Source of the DNA: a bacterium
Lineage (GTDB): Bacteria; Patescibacteriota; Minisyncoccia; CAIUEV01
Direction: 5' to 3'
NCBI GenBank assembly: GCA_021779915.1
Contig: JAJXZR010000015.1
Span: forward strand, 4,521 to 68,520
DNA: 64,000 nt
Positions 7,957-16,586 of the stretch are shown in pieces. The notes beneath the pieces were generated by a model that saw only the letters and a list, made by a program, of their open reading frames with translations, was not told where the DNA came from and did no database searches. Within the stretch, counting starts at the first letter, position 1; every line of letters begins with the position of its first letter. A program made the position numbers and the translations under genes.

Positions 7957-9811
7957 AATTCAAACTTTTATTTATAGTGCTTATCAAATTTTCCTCCTTA
8001 TATCTGCTTAGAATAAACCTTATTTCGTCTTTCTTTAAGCGATATAATTTAAAAATTTCAAGATTTAGTCTGGCGACATCATTATCGTTTTTACTTTTTC
8101 TGATTTTATCAACCAGATTTTCAATTTTAATTTTTTGATTTTCATTTGGAATAGCAATTGGTAACTCAGCGATTTCGTAATTGCTTATGTGATTGTTTGA
8201 GTTAGTTATTTTGAATCTCCAATCTAAAAGCAACGAGTTTAAAACTCCCAACATATAATCAAGGGAAATATTTTTGTTCTTAAAAAGGCTTTCTCTTTTG
8301 CAAATATAATTACAAGAATTTCCAAGTATTACATTTGCAGGAATTATCGCAAATTTTAGCCTTTTATTCCCATGAATGTTTGAAACTTGTTGACATACCA
8401 ACCGATCTTTAAACAAATGTTCTTTTTTGCCATTTAGCTTAAAAAGAAAATTTTCATCTACATACAGCCTTCCAAATTCAAAATTAAATTCAGCTATATT
8501 GATTCCTCTTAGTAAAGGATAATTAGTTTTTTGTTCAGTGATGAATGACTTGTCTAAAGTTAAGTCTAATTCCCCACGAAGATTATGAATATCTGTAAAA
8601 GATTTTACTTTTGGACAGCTATTTATCTTTTCAAGCACACTCACTCCTTTTTCATTTTCAATAATTATGGGTACTGACTCAGAAATTGCTTTTATTGTCT
8701 TTATTTTTATTTTTACACTTGTTTTCTCAAAATCCATAGCATTTATAACCTCCGGATTTATTTCTAAAATCGTACCTTTATGATTTTTATTTAAAGAGAA
8801 AAAACAAAAGGCTTGGGAAATATCTGGAAAAAATTCATTTTTTTCCGGAATTATATAAATTTTTGAAAAAGAATAATTTTCTATTATTCTTTTTCTTAAT
8901 TTTTCACCTTGACGATCGTTTAATAGCGTTATTGGTATAATTAGACCTATTTTACTATTTTTGTTTGTATAGTTTTCAATTATTTCTTCTACAAATATTT
9001 TATAGTAATTTAAAGTTCCTTCGTTATACTTATAAATATTATTTCGTTTAATAAAATCTATGAGATCTTTAATATTAATTAAACTATTTTCTTTGTTTTT
9101 TAGATATTTATTTGAATTTTCCTTTAACAATTTATAAGGTGGATTTGTTAAAACCATATCAAATCCATCTTCTACATTGAATATTTTTTTTGGATCATTT
9201 TTGTTTATTTTACCATTACTAAAACCAAAAAGAATATCGCCTGAATAAAAATTTTTTTCACTGTTCGTTACTTTAATTCTATATTTGGAGCTTACATATA
9301 GCGGAATAATTTTTTTTAACAAGATTATGGCATCATGGTCTATATCGGCACAAAAAATATTATTGACAACTTTTTGTGCTTTATCTCTATTCAAATCAGA
9401 TAAATTGTTGAAAATATAATCAATAAAAGATAGAACAAATATCCCTATTCCAACGCAAGGTTCTAAAAATTTTATATCTAAAAGATTTTTTTCTTTAATA
9501 AATTTAAAAGCTTCTTTTGTGATCTGTTTAGCGATTTCATAATCAGTGTAGTATATGCCAAAATGCTTTCTTTCGTCTGTTTTAAACATTTTTTTATTTT
9601 CTTTTTCTTTTTGATGAATCAACCCGATAAGCTGAACAACAGAAATTAAATCAATTTCATTTTTATTTATCAAATTTTTATACAAAAAGTCATCAATAAC
9701 ACTTTTGATTTGGGGCTCATCGCTCATAAAACTCAAAAGTTTGTAGGTAAGATCCTCTTTGTTTCTATATTTAACACATATAGTATTGTATATTTGAAAA
9801 ATTTTTTTCAT
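7946..9811 (-). CDS. N6-adenine DNA methyltransferase, gamma class, with C-terminal target-recognition region
   Basis: Motif X (HFGIYYTDYEIAKQI), motif I (LEPCVGIGIF) and motif IV (TNPPY). 621 aa. It overlaps the m5C methyltransferase gene by 11 nt, consistent with an operon. Confidence 0.8.
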   Translation of the reverse strand: MKKIFQIYNTICVKYRNKEDLTYKLLSFMSDEPQIKSVIDDFLYKNLINKNEIDLISVVQLIGLIHQKEKENKKMFKTDERKHFGIYYTDYEIAKQITKEAFKFIKEKNLLDIKFLEPCVGIGIFVLSFIDYIFNNLSDLNRDKAQKVVNNIFCADIDHDAIILLKKIIPLYVSSKYRIKVTNSEKNFYSGDILFGFSNGKINKNDPKKIFNVEDGFDMVLTNPPYKLLKENSNKYLKNKENSLINIKDLIDFIKRNNIYKYNEGTLNYYKIFVEEIIENYTNKNSKIGLIIPITLLNDRQGEKLRKRIIENYSFSKIYIIPEKNEFFPDISQAFCFFSLNKNHKGTILEINPEVINAMDFEKTSVKIKIKTIKAISESVPIIIENEKGVSVLEKINSCPKVKSFTDIHNLRGELDLTLDKSFITEQKTNYPLLRGINIAEFNFEFGRLYVDENFLFKLNGKKEHLFKDRLVCQQVSNIHGNKRLKFAIIPANVILGNSCNYICKRESLFKNKNISLDYMLGVLNSLLLDWRFKITNSNNHISNYEIAELPIAIPNENQKIKIENLVDKIRKSKNDNDVARLNLEIFKLYRLKKDEIRFILSRYKEENLISTINKSLNYAL

Positions 9812-9895
9812 AGTATTTTAGATTATACCCTAATACTTTAATATTACCTGATACTATAGACACTCAAAGTATTCATTGTTTACTACTTCGTTTGA

Positions 9896-10576
9896 TCAAG
9901 CATAAGAAAACTTCAATGTTGCCGGCGTTTTGAGAACATCAATTACTTTACCGTTTACAATAAAGTTGTCTTCTGGGGTGAGATAAATTGGTTTGTGGTT
10001 CGAGTCAGTTGATTCAGGGAAAAGACCAATAGTGTTGGCGTCTATTCGAATAAATGTTTTAATAGCTACCAATCCGTCGACCGTCGCTAGCACCTTGTCA
10101 CCGTTTCTGAAATCTTTATATTCTGAGTCTATGAGGACAAAATCTCCGCTTTCAATATTTTTCCCGCGAACAATTGCTTTGTCCATTGAAGTCCCTGAAA
10201 CTTCTATTGCAAAAATTCCATCAGAAATTCTTTTAGTAAAAAGCCTTTTGGAAATTTTGAGAAATCCTTCAATGTTCTCCTGAGCAAAAAAAGACGGGCT
10301 CCCGGCGCTAGCCGTTCCCAGAATTGGAATATTAGTAAATTGTTTTTTTGACTCCTTACAAAATTTTATTTCCTTGTTTTCCGGGTCTCTCTCGATAAAT
10401 CCTTTTTCTTTCAAATTTTTGAGATATAAGAAAATACTTCCCAAACTTTTAACTTTTAACCCTTTTTTCACCGCTTCTTTCTGAATTTCCCTCACTGTTG
10501 GCATTTTGCCATTTTTCTGAAACAGTTCCTTAACCGCCCCCAGCACAATTTCTTCTTTTTTGGTTAGTAGGTTCAT
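9896..10576 (-). CDS. lexA: LexA-like repressor (S24 peptidase)
   Basis: N-terminal winged HTH. C-terminal S24 domain with SGTSM (Ser nucleophile) and the downstream Lys region (GDKVLATV...AIKTF). Confidence 0.8.
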   Translation of the reverse strand: MNLLTKKEEIVLGAVKELFQKNGKMPTVREIQKEAVKKGLKVKSLGSIFLYLKNLKEKGFIERDPENKEIKFCKESKKQFTNIPILGTASAGSPSFFAQENIEGFLKISKRLFTKRISDGIFAIEVSGTSMDKAIVRGKNIESGDFVLIDSEYKDFRNGDKVLATVDGLVAIKTFIRIDANTIGLFPESTDSNHKPIYLTPEDNFIVNGKVIDVLKTPATLKFSYA

Positions 10577-10631
10577 TTTGGTATTTTATTGATTAAAATT
10601 CATATTTTTCCTCATTAATATTGTTTCCCTC

Positions 10632-10844
10632 TGTCATCCCGGGCTTGACCCGGGATCCAGTTAGTCTTATTAATTATTCTAATTGTTCTAATTAACCTAA
10701 TTGTTCTAAACAAAATCACAAGAACCAATTTTTTAAAAAATTTATTTATTGATACTTGGTGCTTTTTTAGAATAATTAGTATAATTAGGTCAATTAGAGT
10801 AATTTTACGTTCTCCTGGATCCCGGGTCAAGCCCGGGATGACAC
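10632..10844. mobile_element. MITE-like nested palindromic element, subtype A (copy 2)
   Basis: tgtcatcccgggcttgacccgggatccag ... cctggatcccgggtcaagcccgggatgacac. About 85% identical to copy 1, including the internal inverted repeat. Confidence 0.65.
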
Positions 10845-11038
10845 GTAATTGTTAATTTTCTCTGTTTAAAACATTATAAAATTTGTGAATTGAAAATTGT
10901 TTGTCGCCTAGTCGACCCGCCTCTGGAGGGAAAATTGGAAATTAGAAATTGAAAATTTTGTCCTGTTCAGTTGTTCAATAATTCTTACACTTTCATTAAA
11001 ATATGATAAATAAAACTCGTCAAATTTTTAAATTCCAT

Positions 11039-11156
11039 CCAAAAATTACTTTTAGAATTCCGTTTTTTATTAGTTTTCCTGTGAGGACTTGTCTGAGCGA
11101 AGCGAGTTCCGGAACAGGAAAATAATAAAAAACGGAATTCTAAAAGTAATTTTTGG
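11039..11156. repeat. Perfect 42-bp-arm palindrome enclosing the conserved core GTGAGGACTTGTCTGAGCGAAGCGAGTT
   Basis: Arms ccaaaaattacttttagaattccgttttttat..gttttcctg and its reverse complement. The same core recurs at 55656-55780 inside different arms. Confidence 0.6.
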
Positions 11157-11229
11157 AGGAACAATTAATCAATTGTTTTTCAAAAATAAAAGTCCATTTT
11201 AATTTTAAAATGGACTTTTTGAATTGAAT

Positions 11230-12873
11230 TTAATATTTTTTGGCCCAATAGTTTTTGAGACCTAGTTTGTTAAAACTTTTTCTCCAGGAAATAATTATCA
11301 GATGGCCCCCCAAAGATAATTTTGCTTTTCTGTAAGACCTTTTTGCTTCTTGCCAGGCCAAAATGCAGGTTTTTTTGAGCGGAAAATTCAATAGATGTCG
11401 AATTTTAAGATTCAAAAGCCAAAGAAATGGCATAGCAATCGTTACCATTCCAAACCGAATGAAGTGGAGTGCCAAAGAAATCCGACCAAATCTCCAGAAA
11501 AAATTGAAGGAATAGAACTTCCTCATCAATTTAATCGATTCTTCCTGAAGTTTTACTGGATCGACTCCTTTGTCGGGCTCAAAAACCAGATGGGTGCCAT
11601 CATAAAGCTCCCAACCCAATTCTTTGCAAAGTCGCCCTTCTTTTTCTAAAAAACGATAGTCAGGAGTTCCGACGATCGGGGTGTAAAGAAGGATTTGGAG
11701 GGTATCTGGCTTGGCTTTTTTAATAAACTGCCAAAATCTTTCGGATCGATCTTTAACCGTTACTTTTTCCACTTGTTTCATAATTTCTGGGTCTTGGCAA
11801 GTGGAAAGGGGATAACCGAAGATCATCATAGCATGGACATAAAGACCATTATCTTTAAAAATTCTAGTCCACTTGACCATTTTATTCGGATCAATCGGCT
11901 TTCTCATTGCTTTGATTTCCTCCGGAATGGGAGATTCAAAGCCGATAGCCACTGTTCTTACTCCTGCTTCACGCATAAGGACAAGTATTTCCGATTTTTC
12001 CGCCAAAGAAAGTCTATTTTGAGTGGTAAATTCAAAACGATAATGTTTTCGAAGAGCGACTAGACCCTCTAGACTCTTACGAAACCCTTCTAAGTCTTCC
12101 TCGCTACGATCATCTACAAAGAAAAATCTCTTAGCGCCCTTGCTAGCCACGGTTGCTACATTTTCCAAAAACTTTTCTGGAGAAATGGAACGTGGTTTGC
12201 TTCTGACTCTACAAAAACGACATCTTCCACTACAACCTCTGGTTCTACTGATTGGATAAAGTTTAATTTTAGAAAACCGCACCAAACCGAAATCGGGGCA
12301 GGGAAGAGTTTCCAAGTCTTCTTCCGATAAAGAAATGAAGTCTGATCCATTGCGCACCATTTGACCATTTTTCAAATAGGAGATACCAGAAACGTCTGAC
12401 AATGGCTCCTGGCAATAATATTTTCTAATAATATCCGAAATCACAAACTCACCTTCTCCATGAACTACGATATCCGCTTTTACGGATAAAAATTCCTCAG
12501 GACTGTCTCCTGCATGCCAACCACCAACAATAATTGCTCTAGGTCTAAGCTTATCTGGCATCGAACAATATTCCTGGATGATTTCTTTTGCTCTGGGAAC
12601 GGCATTGGTCATACTGGCGGAAATTCCGATAAATTCGGCTTTTTTTTCTCTTTGAAGATCAAGGTGTGAGGGGATTCCTTCTTTATTAAAAATAGCTCCT
12701 CGATTTTTACGATAGTTATTTTCATTGATAATTTCCACTTCTAGGTTAGGAAGATTTTTGTTAACAACCGTACCAACCATCACTGGTCCAAGTGAAACCG
12801 TCCTTTTGGCTTGCATCTTATAGATGTTGTTCTTGCCAAAAAGCGGGTCGATAATCCGAAAAAGTTCCGTCAT
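11230..12873 (-). CDS. B12-binding domain / radical SAM domain protein
   Basis: CSGRCRFC (Cx3Cx2C) radical SAM cluster motif. N-terminal B12-binding-like domain. 547 aa. Confidence 0.8.
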   Translation of the reverse strand: MTELFRIIDPLFGKNNIYKMQAKRTVSLGPVMVGTVVNKNLPNLEVEIINENNYRKNRGAIFNKEGIPSHLDLQREKKAEFIGISASMTNAVPRAKEIIQEYCSMPDKLRPRAIIVGGWHAGDSPEEFLSVKADIVVHGEGEFVISDIIRKYYCQEPLSDVSGISYLKNGQMVRNGSDFISLSEEDLETLPCPDFGLVRFSKIKLYPISRTRGCSGRCRFCRVRSKPRSISPEKFLENVATVASKGAKRFFFVDDRSEEDLEGFRKSLEGLVALRKHYRFEFTTQNRLSLAEKSEILVLMREAGVRTVAIGFESPIPEEIKAMRKPIDPNKMVKWTRIFKDNGLYVHAMMIFGYPLSTCQDPEIMKQVEKVTVKDRSERFWQFIKKAKPDTLQILLYTPIVGTPDYRFLEKEGRLCKELGWELYDGTHLVFEPDKGVDPVKLQEESIKLMRKFYSFNFFWRFGRISLALHFIRFGMVTIAMPFLWLLNLKIRHLLNFPLKKTCILAWQEAKRSYRKAKLSLGGHLIIISWRKSFNKLGLKNYWAKKY

Positions 12874-12987
12874 TTTCTTCTCCTTTTCTTTTTCTTGATA
12901 TTTTATTGAGGTTTAAAAACAAATTTTTAAAGAGCTTTCAAGCTGGCTTTCATTGTGATATAGAAATAATATAAAAGCTAACTTTTA

Positions 12988-13103
12988 ATCTAAAAATAGA
13001 ATAAAAAACCGAAGGCATTGCTTTTTAAAACTGTTGTTTTCTGATAGAAAATACCTCAGTTTTAAAAAGCAATGCCTTCGGTTTTTTATTCTATTTTTAG
13101 ATT
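12988..13103. terminator. Long perfect inverted repeat (~47-bp arms); probable bidirectional rho-independent terminator
   Basis: aatctaaaaatagaataaaaaaccgaaggcattgctttttaaaactg and its reverse complement, separated by about 24 nt. A-rich upstream and T-run downstream. Sits at the 3' end of the 13120..13878 gene. Confidence 0.5.
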
Positions 13104-13119
13104 ATTTATCAATTCAATT

Positions 13120-13878
13120 CTAATCAGCCTTTTCGTCACCTCCGGGATCTTTGTTGATTTTCACGGTTTCGATTTTATAACCGGGAGTGCTTAGCACAAG
13201 ATCAAAAACTTTAGCTGCACTGGTTGTATGATAAATGCTATTTGGATTGTCACGAAAATGATTAACAGCCTTTACATCATCAAAATGAATACTTTTTGTT
13301 TCACCGCTTTTTAAAGTAAAGCCGGTTAATTTTTTGTAATACCCCTCGGTTTTATTAGTCGCCGGATCAGTTACCGTGTAATAAAATTCGAAATCAGAAA
13401 GATCCTTGGAAACAATATTTTTAATCGTCACTTCTAAATGATCGTTGGTTGCCTTGTTAGTGATTGGATCGAGATTGTTTTCTACCAGCGCGTCTGTGAT
13501 TTTGAAACCTTCCGTTGTGGAATCATTTTTAATGGGATTTTCCGCAAAAACTGGTTTTTGATCTTGTAAATCATTCATTCCGTCTCCGTCGGTGTCGGGA
13601 TTATTTGGATCGGTGCCCAAAGTTTTTTCCGCTACATCAGGAACACCATCGCTATCAGTGTCCGTCCCACCAGACCCGCCGGTCACCGAATTAGTTGCCG
13701 GGGAAGAAGCGGAAGGATCAGGGGTGGAAACCGCATTTTGAGATTCAATTTTTTGACTGGGATTTGAGGGAACAGCGGTTTGCAAAGTTTCCACTTTACG
13801 ACCTCTGTAAAACATCAAAAAACCCACCACTACCACAATCCCCCCGATCAAAGGAATTGCCCATTTTTTGTTCTGCAT
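13120..13878 (-). CDS. Membrane-anchored secreted protein with Ca-binding (thrombospondin type-3-like) Asp-rich repeats
   Basis: N-terminal TM, Ser/Thr-rich linker, then DTDSDGVPDV...DPNNPDTDGDGMNDLQD. Confidence 0.5.
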   Translation of the reverse strand: MQNKKWAIPLIGGIVVVVGFLMFYRGRKVETLQTAVPSNPSQKIESQNAVSTPDPSASSPATNSVTGGSGGTDTDSDGVPDVAEKTLGTDPNNPDTDGDGMNDLQDQKPVFAENPIKNDSTTEGFKITDALVENNLDPITNKATNDHLEVTIKNIVSKDLSDFEFYYTVTDPATNKTEGYYKKLTGFTLKSGETKSIHFDDVKAVNHFRDNPNSIYHTTSAAKVFDLVLSTPGYKIETVKINKDPGGDEKAD

Positions 13879-13916
13879 AAAAGTTATATTTAAGAATTAT
13901 TTAAAAAATGCTTAAT

Positions 13917-14891
13917 TTAATCAGCCTTATTCAAAAAGCTTCGTTTTTTAAAAGAAAAATACTCCAGAAACAAGGCTACTGTAAAGAAAGCCATAACCCA
14001 AATCCAATCATTCCATCTGTCTTTTAAGACATACCCTACGCTTTTTCCGTTATATTCATCCTTGATTCCCAGAAGCGCAAAACTCAGTCTTTCATAATGT
14101 TTGGTTACAGAGCTTTCTTCCACCGCATTACGGACATTTTCATAGGTTTTAAACCGAGCCATAATTTCCTTTTCCTGCGGTTTGGCAATGCTCATGCTTT
14201 TGAAAAATCCGCCAGGAATTTGGTTATCTGGATCCATTGTGTCACCAATTTGGGGGATGATCAGGACAAAAATCAGCCAAACAACGAAACTGATAATCAG
14301 AGCGTTGGGAAGTGAGCGAAATTTCAGAACAAGAACCGAAGTAAAACAGAAAAAAAACATAATATAAAAGTAAGAAGCAAAAAGAACAAAACCCAATTTC
14401 ACAATCTCAACCAACGAAAGTTGGGCTCCTCCTACCGACCACATAATAAAATAAGTGGTAAAGGCCTCAACCGCTAAAACCGAAAGAACAAGCAAACTGT
14501 TACCCAAAAACTTCCCTGAAGCAATATCGAATTTTCGAAGTGGCCGGCTAAGGAGAAGTTGCAAGGTGTTTTTACCTTTCTCCTTGGCAATGCTCAGATA
14601 GCCAAGAATTATCCCAATAATGGCTCCTATTATTTCCAAATAGTCCATCACTCCTCGAAGCATTTTGAGCGGAAAAAACTGAGGAGCGGAAATTGTTTCG
14701 CCACTTTTCCCAAGGCTAAACAAAATTTGCACGGATTTATTATATTCCACCACCTTGCTTTGAAAATCCGAGGAAGCCACCGCAATGGAAGTAACAGTCA
14801 AAACAAACAGGAAGGCAAGCAAAATCAAAAAAAGCTTGTTTCGTAAGGAATCTCGATATTCTTTTTTTGCAATAGTAATCACATTTTGCAT
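13917..14891 (-). CDS. ABC-2 family transporter permease
   Basis: Six TM segments. Lies in an operon downstream of the ABC ATPase gene. Confidence 0.6.
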   Translation of the reverse strand: MQNVITIAKKEYRDSLRNKLFLILLAFLFVLTVTSIAVASSDFQSKVVEYNKSVQILFSLGKSGETISAPQFFPLKMLRGVMDYLEIIGAIIGIILGYLSIAKEKGKNTLQLLLSRPLRKFDIASGKFLGNSLLVLSVLAVEAFTTYFIMWSVGGAQLSLVEIVKLGFVLFASYFYIMFFFCFTSVLVLKFRSLPNALIISFVVWLIFVLIIPQIGDTMDPDNQIPGGFFKSMSIAKPQEKEIMARFKTYENVRNAVEESSVTKHYERLSFALLGIKDEYNGKSVGYVLKDRWNDWIWVMAFFTVALFLEYFSFKKRSFLNKAD

Positions 14892-14906
14892 AATTTTATT
14901 AAAATT

Positions 14907-15824
14907 TTATTGATCAATTTCCGCTTCACAAATATTGAATTTTCCCATACCATAAAAACAGCTCCCCGTAACAACAATCAAATAAGCTATTAAAGGGAGA
15001 AAAGGGTAGGAATTAGAATCTCCCTGCAACAAGGAACGGCCAATCGATTTATAGCTTTCGGAAACAGAGAAAGGATGAATGATCGATTGGGCGTTCTGAA
15101 AAAAATTATTTTGCGGAGCGGGAGTTTGAATGCTGGTCGGATTGAGAAGAGCCGTAGGATCAAGCGCGGAAGTCAATTGAGGCATAACAAAGCTAATAAA
15201 AATCCAGATGACAACCGGAATAAGAAGCGATAAAGATTCACTCCTTGAAACAATTGCGAAAAAAAGTCCGATGAAAGCAAAAATAAGCATATATAACAAG
15301 GAAGTTCCATAAAAAGCCAGGAGTTTCAACGTTTCTGGCATCGAAAGCAAGTGGGAAAAAATAATCGTTATCGAAAAAAAACTCAAAGCAAAAGATATTG
15401 CGTTAATAATCGTCAAAGCCAAAAAAATACCGCTCATCTTTCCTAAAACAAATTCCCATTTTCCCATTGATTTGGAAAAAATAATTTTAGAAACTCCCGC
15501 CCTTCGCTCTCGAATAAAAGAACTATGTCCAACAATAATTGCCATCAACGATCCGATGAGAAAGACATAAACAACCATATTTTTAAGGATCGAAAGCGGG
15601 GGAGTGCTAAGAAAGGGATTATTCGGTATTTCTTTAATTCCCTGAGCTGTCATTTCTTTAACCGTTTGGGCATAGACACTCAGAATGGTATTTTTAGTAG
15701 ACCAACCAATATAAGCGGAAAAGGAGGCCATAAAAAGAAAAATGGCAAGCATCAGAGCAAATGTTTTTTGCCTTATTAAAGACTGGGTTTCATTTTTGGC
15801 AACAGTTTCGATTTTAAAAAACAT
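14907..15824 (-). CDS. ABC-2 family transporter permease
   Basis: Multi-TM protein immediately downstream of the ATPase (gene boundaries 15824/15825). Confidence 0.6.
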   Translation of the reverse strand: MFFKIETVAKNETQSLIRQKTFALMLAIFLFMASFSAYIGWSTKNTILSVYAQTVKEMTAQGIKEIPNNPFLSTPPLSILKNMVVYVFLIGSLMAIIVGHSSFIRERRAGVSKIIFSKSMGKWEFVLGKMSGIFLALTIINAISFALSFFSITIIFSHLLSMPETLKLLAFYGTSLLYMLIFAFIGLFFAIVSRSESLSLLIPVVIWIFISFVMPQLTSALDPTALLNPTSIQTPAPQNNFFQNAQSIIHPFSVSESYKSIGRSLLQGDSNSYPFLPLIAYLIVVTGSCFYGMGKFNICEAEIDQ

Positions 15825-16562
15825 TTATTTGGATTCAATATTAAGATAAATTTCTTCCAAGGACACCTCGTCCCTGAATCTCTTTAACGTGTTGGAAAGA
15901 GAATCTTTATAAATCAGTTTACCATGATTTAAAACTCCAATACTGGTACACGTTTTTGCCACTTCCGACAAGAGGTGCGTATTCATAAAAATAGTTATTC
16001 CTTTTTTCTTGTTTAACTCGATAATCACCTCTCTCAAATTTTTTATTCCCATTGGATCCAACCCTGAAGTTGGTTCGTCCAAAAATAACACTTCCGGATC
16101 ATGAATGATAGCTTGGGCGATACCGATTCTTTGACGCATCCCTTTGGAAAATTCCCCCAATTTTTTGTTTTCAAAACCTTTAAAATCGAGAAAATCCAGT
16201 ACTTCTGCTATTTTATCTTTCGGTTTTTGAATTCCGGATAATTTAGCAAAAAATTCCAAATTTTCAAAGGCTGTAAGATCCTCATAAAATTTCACATTTT
16301 CCGGCAAATAGCCAATTCTTTTTCTCACTTCCAAACTATCTTTTTGGGAATCAAATCCGCAAACCGCAGCGCTTCCAGAAGTCGGCTCCAAGAGAGTGGT
16401 AAGAATGTTTACCGTAGTGGTCTTGCCCGCTCCGTTGTGGCCAAGAAAACCAAATATTTCTCCTTTTTTCACTTCCAAGTTCAAATCCGTAAGAGCTGTA
16501 AAATCCTTGTATTTCTTGGTTAGAGAGTGTACCTCGATAACAATTTTGTCACTTTTTGGCAT
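15825..16562 (-). CDS. ABC transporter ATP-binding protein
   Basis: Walker A GHNGAGKTT, signature FSKGMRQR, Walker B LFLDEPTSGLD. Confidence 0.9.
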   Translation of the reverse strand: MPKSDKIVIEVHSLTKKYKDFTALTDLNLEVKKGEIFGFLGHNGAGKTTTVNILTTLLEPTSGSAAVCGFDSQKDSLEVRKRIGYLPENVKFYEDLTAFENLEFFAKLSGIQKPKDKIAEVLDFLDFKGFENKKLGEFSKGMRQRIGIAQAIIHDPEVLFLDEPTSGLDPMGIKNLREVIIELNKKKGITIFMNTHLLSEVAKTCTSIGVLNHGKLIYKDSLSNTLKRFRDEVSLEEIYLNIESK

Positions 16563-16586
16563 GGGTAAAATTATTTATTTAAAAAT

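Noticed and set aside
10577-10631. LexA box upstream of lexA
   Set aside because: No convincing CTGT-N8-ACAG or CGAAC-N4-GTTCG palindrome is seen in the short upstream region. The region runs directly into a MITE.
10615-10830. 71-aa ORF (contains PGQARDDRGKQY-like peptide) and similar small ORFs overlapping MITE copies
   Set aside because: They are translations of the palindromic repeat termini (gggcttgacccgggatcc and similar). Such repeat-derived peptides are classic spurious calls.
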